Below, in pieces: positions 34,461-41,360 of a stretch of DNA of 54,218 nt. The translations under genes and the position numbers were made by a program. This DNA is from Pseudomonadota bacterium (GTDB lineage Bacteria; Pseudomonadota; Gammaproteobacteria; Burkholderiales; Rhodocyclaceae), in the NCBI GenBank assembly GCA_009778425.1, contig WRJU01000253.1:1-54218 (forward strand), in the 5' to 3' direction. The notes under the pieces are model-generated. The model was not told where the DNA came from, did no database searches, and was given only the letters and a program-made list of their open reading frames with translations. Every line of letters begins with the position of its first letter. The first letter of the stretch is position 1.

Positions 34461-35341
34461 GCAGGCTCGTCCTGATCCAGCGCATCTTCACGCAGTACGT
34501 CTTCCAGGCTGACGAACTCATCCGGGCTCGGCATCTCATCGGCGTTGTTCACGAAGTCCATGTCGTTCAACATCGCCTGATCGTCCTTGGCGGATTCGCT
34601 CTCGTCCCTGGCAAGCAGTTCCTCAAATGTCTGGCTTCTTGCCGCAGTTTTCCTCTCAGGCATGGCCCGCCAGGTATGGGGCGCAAATTTGGCGCGCGCC
34701 CTTCCCTCAATCACGCCCTGCGGTATTTCCTCGTACCGCGCCAGAGCCCGCCGGGCATTGGCGTTCATCTCCCGGAAATCTTTGCGGGCGACGCCGGTGA
34801 AGCGGTACCTTTGCGCGTAATAGAACAAGCCCCGGACGGCGCGCGCCGCAAAACGCCCCCATTCAGAGCGTTCAGACGTGTCGATCATTGCCAGCAGGCT
34901 TGCCTTCTCCAACTCTTTGGCGAGCCGGTCAAAGGCGATCAACTGGTACAGCCCCGCGAAGCCAAGGGCCGTGTCGACGAAGATGGGCGTGCGAAACGGC
35001 GCGTGGTTCTTGAACTCGATCACCTTCAACTCGGGGGGCAGTTGCACAAGGCGCTCTTTGACCTGCGCCAGGACATGGTTGAGGCTTTGTTGGGACAGGT
35101 CAATCCTGTTTTCCAGGCACATCAGCCACCAGTCGGCGTAGGGGTCATCGGCCTTTGCCGCGCGCACGATCCGGTGTACAGCAGTGAAATAGCCGTCGAT
35201 GCCGATAATGGAACGCAACTCGGTGAAAGGGTCGTAGGGGCGGCCACGCCAGAGTTTTGCGGCATGGGGCGACTCCAGCACCAGTTCGACCTCGGCCTCA
35301 AAGTCACCCATGTTGTAGCTGAATCTGTTGGTACTTGTCAT
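34457..35341 (-). CDS. PFL_4669 / DUF1845 family (InrR-like ICE regulator)
   Basis: A.KLWRGR, DDPYADWWL, AQRYRFTGV.R.DF...NA.A..A, G..RAKFAP. Start placed at ATG 35341, downstream of the predicted promoter. Confidence 0.85.
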   Translation of the reverse strand: MTSTNRFSYNMGDFEAEVELVLESPHAAKLWRGRPYDPFTELRSIIGIDGYFTAVHRIVRAAKADDPYADWWLMCLENRIDLSQQSLNHVLAQVKERLVQLPPELKVIEFKNHAPFRTPIFVDTALGFAGLYQLIAFDRLAKELEKASLLAMIDTSERSEWGRFAARAVRGLFYYAQRYRFTGVARKDFREMNANARRALARYEEIPQGVIEGRARAKFAPHTWRAMPERKTAARSQTFEELLARDESESAKDDQAMLNDMDFVNNADEMPSPDEFVSLEDVLREDALDQDEPA

Positions 35342-35403
35342 GATGTCACATGCCCGTGAAATGGAAAAAATGGCCTCAATCATTGAGGCACGGGCATCGT
35401 GCT

Positions 35404-35439
35404 GTCAGCATCAAAATGGTATTGCCCTGGTTCCGGTTT
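35404..35439 (-). promoter_or_regulatory. Shared ICE activator-box motif (plus strand GTCA-N10-GG-N13-CCGGTTT)
   Basis: Exact spaced match here, at 33040-33075 and at 19519-19554; degenerate matches at 33807, 28470, 30596 and 1702. Confidence 0.65.
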
Positions 35440-35532
35440 GAGCTTTGCCCGGAGGGTGGAACCAAGGCGGTGCGTCGGGCAGGGCGGCACCATCGGGCAA
35501 AACAGGGTAAATTTGATATAAGTTCAGTTTTT

Positions 35533-35587
35533 TGTTGACCTATATCAATCCTGTTGGCACTGCCAACGAAATTGATATAGATCAACA
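35533..35587. repeat. AT-rich nested inverted repeat (candidate oriT/cruciform)
   Basis: TGTTGAcCTATATCAAT...GTTGGCA-C-TGCCAAC...ATTGATATAGaTCAACA; extra TTGATATA copy at 35513-35520. Confidence 0.6.
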
Positions 35588-35630
35588 TTACGACAACGGG
35601 ATGTTGCCTGTTCTCTGAAACCCGCGTCAT

Positions 35631-36824
35631 TCAGGGGTTTCCGTTATTCTGGTGGGGCGGCATGTGCATCATTTCCCGCAGCCTGGAAAAGTACAAACGT
35701 GCCTTTTCGGGTGCCACCACGGGTGCCGGGGGCGGCTGCGGCGGTTGCGCGATCAGCCGTTGCGTATCCGCCGGTTTGCTGCGCGTTGCGTTGAATTCGC
35801 CCCGGATCGCCTTCTGGATGATCCCGAAAAGGTAGTGCGCGGGCCTCCTGATGGCGTCGGTGCGGCAGCGCTCTGCCCACTCATCGAGGATGGCTTGCTG
35901 CAATTCAACCGGAAGTGTCCCGAGTGCTGCCAATGCGCCTTGCTGATGTTTTTCCTGCAAGCGCGTGAAGGCTTGGGGCAACCGTAGAGCCTGCGCGGAT
36001 GCTGCGCTTACCGTGGCAGATGGGGCCTCTACGGAAGAAAGGTTTTGTACAGTACGTATTTTATAAATACTACTACTACGTACTGTACTGTCACCCTCTT
36101 CAAACCGTAGACCCCCATTTTTCGCGGGTTTGCGGGGCACTACGGATTCCGTAGTGTCAAACCGTAGACGGTTTTTTGGGTCTACGGTTTCGTTGTCCTG
36201 TGGATAACTTTCCTGCGCATCGCGCCCTGCCAGCCTTTGCCGGAGCATTTCCAGGCGCGTCGGCAGCCCCTTGGCTTTCAGGGCCGGGTCTTGGGCGATC
36301 TCCTCCAGCACGATCTGGACGACAGTCCCAATCGCCTTGGATTTGCTCGTGAGGGAATGGCCGAGCAGTTCCAGGTAGTTGGGGTCGAGTTCCATCGCTT
36401 CAAAGGGGGTGAGGGGCGAGTCGTGGAGCACATACACGTTGCCCAGGGGGCGGCCAGTTTGCGGGTCTCGGCGGCGGCCCACCAGACTGAGCCAGCGCGT
36501 CAGGCGCAGGACGGTCAAAACTTTGGAGACGGTTTCAGGCGAAGCGAGTGCGCCGGGCGAGGCCGAGAGGTGCTGGCGGAGTTGTTCATACGTGGGAAAT
36601 GCGGTCAAGCCGTCATCGTTCAACAACAACCGGAAAGCCATCCATGCGTTTCGATCCAACGGGGTAAGCCGACGGTCGAGGAGCATGTCAGCCGGGACGC
36701 ACTGCTGGCGGTTTCCGCTAAAAAGGAAGCCATCGCCCCGGATTGCGCGGGCGTGTTCGATTCTCTGGCGCCGGACTTCCTCTGGTGGAGTCTGTGCGGG
36801 GGGCACTTTGCCCGTCTTGCGCAT
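35631..36824 (-). CDS. STY4528-family HTH replication-initiator-like protein
   Basis: FLFSGN....P..LLD.RLTPLDRNAW..FRL, AFPTYEQLR, LRLTRWLSL, GNVYVLHD.PL, IRRPAHYLFGIIQKAIRGEF. Confidence 0.88.
   Translation of the reverse strand: MRKTGKVPPAQTPPEEVRRQRIEHARAIRGDGFLFSGNRQQCVPADMLLDRRLTPLDRNAWMAFRLLLNDDGLTAFPTYEQLRQHLSASPGALASPETVSKVLTVLRLTRWLSLVGRRRDPQTGRPLGNVYVLHDSPLTPFEAMELDPNYLELLGHSLTSKSKAIGTVVQIVLEEIAQDPALKAKGLPTRLEMLRQRLAGRDAQESYPQDNETVDPKNRLRFDTTESVVPRKPAKNGGLRFEEGDSTVRSSSIYKIRTVQNLSSVEAPSATVSAASAQALRLPQAFTRLQEKHQQGALAALGTLPVELQQAILDEWAERCRTDAIRRPAHYLFGIIQKAIRGEFNATRSKPADTQRLIAQPPQPPPAPVVAPEKARLYFSRLREMMHMPPHQNNGNP
36199..36207 (-). promoter_or_regulatory. Consensus DnaA box (TTATCCACA) inside the rep-like gene
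   Basis: Plus strand TGTGGATAA at 36199-36207, next to AAACCGTAGAC repeats. Confidence 0.55.
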
Positions 36825-36827
36825 GGC

Positions 36828-37181
36828 TTACCCCCCACTGGCAATCCAGCCCTGAATAGCCCTCCACACCACGGACATCGGGATTTTGAGCTTTTCAGAT
36901 GATTCCAGGGCGAACATGCGCTGTTCCAATTCGCAAGTCGTGACAAGCGCAAAGTTGTAGCCTTTCGGCTTTTTGGCCTTAAGCCAATGTTCCCACAGGG
37001 CTGCCTCCTCTTCCCAGGTGAGCCCCTTGGGCCTTCCTTTGCGCGCAGGAAGTTCCAGTTTGGATCGCAGCTCGGCAATCTCCCCGTGTGTCAATCCAAA
37101 CCACTGAGATAATTGCGCGCTGCTTGCTCCCGCCTTCAGCATCCGGTAAATGAGCGCGTTTTCTTCTTCGATCCAGTACAT
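36828..37181 (-). CDS. N-terminally short DUF2857 paralogue (117 aa)
   Basis: ALIYRMLKAGAS...FGLTH.E...R..L.LP.RKGRP.GLT..EE..LWEHW aligns with the C-terminal part of 37185-37757. Confidence 0.78.
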   Translation of the reverse strand: MYWIEEENALIYRMLKAGASSAQLSQWFGLTHGEIAELRSKLELPARKGRPKGLTWEEEAALWEHWLKAKKPKGYNFALVTTCELEQRMFALESSEKLKIPMSVVWRAIQGWIASGG

Positions 37182-37184
37182 GGC

Positions 37185-37757
37185 CTACACCCCACGGGCC
37201 ATCCAGTCCTGGAAAGCCCCCCAGACCGCTGCCATCGGGATGTCGAGCCTTTCGGCGGTTTCCAAGGCGAACATGCGCAGCTTTTCTGAATCAGTCAGGT
37301 CAAGCGGTTTGTCGTTTTTTCTCGGATTGGTGGCATTGGACCAGTGTTCCCATAATTTTTCCTCTTCGTCCTTGGTAAGTCCTTCTGGCCTACCCTTGCG
37401 TGTGGGAAGCTTCAGGATGTTTCGAAGGGAGCCTACGTCCTGATGCGAAATGCCATACCAAGAAGATATTTGATCGGTGCTCGCGCCCGCCCTCAGCATC
37501 CGGTCAATGAGCGCAGCATCTTCAACAAGCTTGTTCGTTTGGTTCGCGATCCTGATGGCCTTCTCGTTGTCTACGGATGTCGTGACCCATTGAATGTTTG
37601 ATTTCGCCAGCGCCGCTGCCACTTCCGGGCGTTTCAGGGCTTCGATCAGTTCGTCGCAGAAGCCCCGCGCGCGCACTTTGGAATAATGTCCGTTGTGCAG
37701 ATCCTGAAGGGCCTGTCCGACGACGGCACTATTCAGCGTTTGTTGGCTCGTCATCAT
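37185..37757 (-). CDS. DUF2857-family protein (BisC-like activator subunit)
   Basis: LNSAVVGQAL.DL.NG, IDRMLRAGAS, RKGRP; follows parB. Confidence 0.85.
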   Translation of the reverse strand: MMTSQQTLNSAVVGQALQDLHNGHYSKVRARGFCDELIEALKRPEVAAALAKSNIQWVTTSVDNEKAIRIANQTNKLVEDAALIDRMLRAGASTDQISSWYGISHQDVGSLRNILKLPTRKGRPEGLTKDEEEKLWEHWSNATNPRKNDKPLDLTDSEKLRMFALETAERLDIPMAAVWGAFQDWMARGV

Positions 37758-39342
37758 CGCAGGCTTTCCTGTCGTGGTAGGAGTCGGCGTAGCTGGCCGT
37801 GTCCTGCAAGGGAGCAGATACGGTGTCCATCAAAAGCCTGATCTGATGGATCAGGTCAATCAGTTTCGAGAACGCCACATCTTCAAGCCGGGGAACGGCC
37901 TGCGGCACGCCGCAAAGCAGCCCGCCAAGATGGGCAAGCGGCCTCGGGTCTGCTGCCCCGGACAAATCGCGCAATAACCACATTGTCATGCACGCTGTCG
38001 TTGTCCAATTCTTCAGTTTTTCTTTTGGTGCTACGCGGACTGCATATCCGGTTCCGTCGTCTGTTTCGTTAATTCGGATCTCAGGCTCGACGGCTTGTGC
38101 AGTTTCTTGTGCGAGTTGAGCGATTTTCTTGCGCAAGGAACGGGCATTTTCCTCCCGCTGCTCAAGGCCACCGGCGGAAGGTTCTGCTTCAACCTCAGTC
38201 TCAATCTCTGAGTACGGATCAAGACCATCCTGTTGCAAGCTCAGGTCGTCGCCGACCTGCTCCCTCAACATCGTCTTGATCGAGTCGACCCGTTTGGTCG
38301 TGGCAGGATGCGCCGGTACACTCCCTTTCCGTGCCGGTAAAGCGGGAATGGCCGGGATAGGGTTTGGCGCAACGGCTGCCGTGGCAGGCAAGGGCGGAGG
38401 GGGAGGCAGGGGGATTTCCACGAATTTGCCAGCCGGGGTATTGAGAAAGTGGGTGCGCAGATGAATCAGGTTTTCTTCGGCCCGCACCATTTCTTCGATG
38501 TCTGCATAGACTCGCCCCAAAATGGGAGCCATCTTGCCGATGATCGTGTCCTCGACCACGTTTTGCGAGAATTCCGCCAGGGGGTACCCGTCAAATTCAG
38601 CCAATTCCTCCCGAAAGAATTCCGCGAAATCAATCGTAGGGTTCGCGGTAGGCGCGAACTCATCCCAGCATCGCTCGCATTCGTTATGGAAAGTGACGAG
38701 CTTGCCAATTCGCTGGCGACCCATCCCCTCAAAAAGCAGGTTCGGAATCGCGGGCAGCAGAATCCGAATCGCATCTCTCATCCGGCTAAGGGCACCTTTA
38801 TCCTGCGCGCAGCCATCCTCCTTGAGGCGCAGCGCGAGTGAATCAAGTGTCATGGGATGGTTGTTGCTTTCTTCGTACAGGCTTTGGAGCTTTTGAATAG
38901 CCAATGCTTTTTCAATAAACAGCAAACTGCTGCGGGCTTCGTTTTCGAGCAGGTGCGATGAAAGTGTCCGTGCTTCGTTGACCCAGGGCGTGTAGAGGCA
39001 GTCAATTTGTTCAAAGCGCCCATCCTGGCATTCCTGCTGAAGTTCTTTGAGGATTTGCAGCCGCGTGTTCCCGCCACGGGCAACGATATAGTGGTCTTCG
39101 TGAGGCCGTCGTGTGACAACCAGGGGTTGCTCAAGGCCGCGCTGCCGGATTGATTCCTTGAGTTCCTCGTAAATTGGGCTTTTTACCCGGCGCGGGTTAT
39201 GTTCAAACGCTCTGATGTCCCGGACGTTGAGCCGCATCGCTTGATCGGCCAAGGGGGCGCTCAACGTTGTAACCTCTGGGCGGGGAGCCGATGGAACCAG
39301 GTTCAGGCGCGCGGCAATCTCGTCGACGGTGAGATTAGCCAT
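37729..39342 (-). CDS. PFGI-1-class ParB-family protein (BisD-like)
   Basis: HNPR....P.YEELKESIRQRGL..P..VTRRP...HYIV..GGNTRL.IL.EL, HLLENE.R..L.FIEKAL. Confidence 0.9.
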   Translation of the reverse strand: MANLTVDEIAARLNLVPSAPRPEVTTLSAPLADQAMRLNVRDIRAFEHNPRRVKSPIYEELKESIRQRGLEQPLVVTRRPHEDHYIVARGGNTRLQILKELQQECQDGRFEQIDCLYTPWVNEARTLSSHLLENEARSSLLFIEKALAIQKLQSLYEESNNHPMTLDSLALRLKEDGCAQDKGALSRMRDAIRILLPAIPNLLFEGMGRQRIGKLVTFHNECERCWDEFAPTANPTIDFAEFFREELAEFDGYPLAEFSQNVVEDTIIGKMAPILGRVYADIEEMVRAEENLIHLRTHFLNTPAGKFVEIPLPPPPPLPATAAVAPNPIPAIPALPARKGSVPAHPATTKRVDSIKTMLREQVGDDLSLQQDGLDPYSEIETEVEAEPSAGGLEQREENARSLRKKIAQLAQETAQAVEPEIRINETDDGTGYAVRVAPKEKLKNWTTTACMTMWLLRDLSGAADPRPLAHLGGLLCGVPQAVPRLEDVAFSKLIDLIHQIRLLMDTVSAPLQDTASYADSYHDRKACDDDEPTNAE

Positions 39343-39538
39343 GATGGCACCTTGCTTCTCTCATCGGGACGAGTTCCCCTTCGCCCTTGAGCCAGGTATA
39401 GATGGTTGGCATCCCCTGCTTGAAAAAAACCCGTTGGCCTGAGCCGTCGCAAAGCAAACGCCAGCCGCACCCCTTCGCAAAGCCGATGAACCGCTGCATC
39501 CGTGCGCTGCATTTCGTGCATTGGGGCGGGCAAGTCAT
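39335..39538 (-). CDS. 67-aa Cys-containing small protein between parA and parB (positional analogue of ICEclc shi)
   Basis: ATGA overlap with the parA stop and 8-nt overlap with the parB start; CTKC...C.....C. Confidence 0.55.
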   Translation of the reverse strand: MTCPPQCTKCSARMQRFIGFAKGCGWRLLCDGSGQRVFFKQGMPTIYTWLKGEGELVPMREARCHHG

Positions 39539-40404
39539 CGGTTGCCTTCCTGCACACGCGCGAAAGGTTTCTTACCCGTGACCCTCTTGAACAGTTCTTG
39601 CCAGTCCTGCCTCGGGAAGAGTTCCAGAACAAGCGACCTGATAATCTCAAGGGCCGAGGGGGTTCGGCGGTTATTCGGTTGCCTGGTTTCAGCCCGGTGC
39701 ACGGGGATGGATTTCGCGGAGGCTTTCTGGAACGCTTCGGAGGCGGGGATGCACGAATCAAGGGCTTCGACTCCGGCATGTTCCATGATGCTGTTGCGCA
39801 CAGCATCCTGGACGACAACAGCATTGCTGGAAATCGGGTGCACGCGGTTGAACAGAACCCGTAGCGGCGCAATGGGGATGCCGAGCCGCTGGTAAGAGGC
39901 GATTCCCGATAGCGCCAGCACCGTGCCGCTTTTGAGTTCCAGCGCTGCCAGCATCTCCGGCATGACTGGCGAGAGCACCAGATCGCTTGCCAGCATTGCC
40001 GTTGCAAGGGTAGCGTTCCGTGCCCCTTGGGTATCGAGCACGATCAGGTCGTAGTGCGCTGTGACGGCTGGGAGCAGGTTGTGCAGCCTCAACCGGCCAT
40101 CGTCAGCATCACGCAGCAATGAATCGAGCCCCCGGCAGCGCTCATCGGCATAGACAACATCGAGCCGTTCAAAACACGTTTGGGAAACGTAGTGCTCCGG
40201 GTTCTGTTCGTTATTCGTAATGAATTCGTAGACGCCCATTGGCGCGACACTGACAAGAGGGTAGTACTGCGTCAGTGTGGCTTGGTAGTCGAGGTCGATA
40301 AGTAGTACGCGCAATCCGGCATCGGCACAGAAACCTCCGATGTTTACGGCTACGGTGGTCTTGCCGACTCCGCCCTTTGTATTGACAATGCTCACGACAG
40401 TCAT
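39535..40404 (-). CDS. parA: ParA/Soj-family ATPase
   Basis: NTKGGVGKTT deviant Walker A, LLIDLDYQATL, LDTQGA. Confidence 0.92.
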   Translation of the reverse strand: MTVVSIVNTKGGVGKTTVAVNIGGFCADAGLRVLLIDLDYQATLTQYYPLVSVAPMGVYEFITNNEQNPEHYVSQTCFERLDVVYADERCRGLDSLLRDADDGRLRLHNLLPAVTAHYDLIVLDTQGARNATLATAMLASDLVLSPVMPEMLAALELKSGTVLALSGIASYQRLGIPIAPLRVLFNRVHPISSNAVVVQDAVRNSIMEHAGVEALDSCIPASEAFQKASAKSIPVHRAETRQPNNRRTPSALEIIRSLVLELFPRQDWQELFKRVTGKKPFARVQEGNR

Positions 40405-40736
40405 GTTGACTGTCCTGTGCTTGACGATTCATCACAATCCCGTAGCAGTTTGCGATCCTCGATCCATTTGTCGACTTCGCGGGTGTCCCACCCCTTTCGC
40501 CTGTCCGTCAGGGGGATCGGCCTCGGGAAGCTGCCTTGCCCAATCAGTTCGTAGATGGCAGTGCGTTTCAGGCTGGTGCGCTGTTCAACAGACTCAATGG
40601 CCAATATGCGGGTTTCATCATGCTGACCAAAGCCAAATAACGGCGGCAGGTTTGCACTACATTCGTGCGTTGGTGTCGGCCTGAGTTTTTTCACGATCCG
40701 TTCAATGAGTTCTTCGAGCGTGATGTTGTCATTCAT
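40401..40736 (-). CDS. alpA: AlpA-family transcriptional regulator/excisionase-like protein
   Basis: RIL....VEQRTSLKRTAIYELI.QGSFPRPIPL....GW...EV..WI. Confidence 0.88.
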   Translation of the reverse strand: MNDNITLEELIERIVKKLRPTPTHECSANLPPLFGFGQHDETRILAIESVEQRTSLKRTAIYELIGQGSFPRPIPLTDRRKGWDTREVDKWIEDRKLLRDCDESSSTGQST

Positions 40737-41145
40737 GCGAAATTCTCACTTGTTATGCAGCGGACAATTTTCGGATGCCGTGAGTTGACGATGGATCGGC
40801 AGCAGCGTCCAGCGTTTAATCGAAAAGAATGCCTCCCCGATTTTTCTTCTCGGGTATCGGCGCATCGTCATGAATCTATAAATTTTTGAAATATTTTAAT
40901 GTGAACTTTTTCTTATAGCCGTATTTGATTAGCTGGATTTTGCGTTTTCATCATCTTTCTTCAGACAAAATAACCTTCAAATTTAAGTGATTAGGTTGCT
41001 GAAAAGTCGGAACTAATTCACTTTTCAAATACGGCTAGACGCCTGAAAGAATACGTCTTTTCCTATCAGTTCAAATTTTGAAATTTCGCAGTAAACAGGA
41101 ATATTTTAGCTAAACTTCGCTATGAATAAACAGAAATAAACCAAA

Positions 41146-41181
41146 TGTAAATCAATTTGTAAACCACAATGTAAACCACAA
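41146..41181. repeat. Three tandem 12-bp repeats in the AT-rich int-alpA spacer
   Basis: TGTAAATCAATT TGTAAACCACAA TGTAAACCACAA. Confidence 0.7.
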
Positions 41182-41306
41182 TTCGGCATAAAATGGACAT
41201 GCTGAATTTGTCAGACGTAGAAAGCCTGCCCAGCATAAAGTCCGAATAAACGACCCTGTATTCAGATGCCGGCGTTTTAGCGGCTAAAATTTTCATCCCA
41301 TCACGT

Positions 41307-41343
41307 AGAAAAGCCGCCACGCCGGAAGGGCATAGGCGGCTTC
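41307..41343 (-). terminator. Probable terminator after the integrase
   Basis: AAGCCGCC...GGCGGCTT stem followed by TTTTCT on the minus strand. Confidence 0.55.
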
Positions 41344-41360
41344 TGGTGCGTTGCCTCGAA

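Noticed and set aside
41120-41320. 66-aa ORF in the int-alpA spacer
   Set aside because: Its VVYIVVYK content merely reflects the 12-bp DNA repeats; it starts within the terminator and has no RBS.
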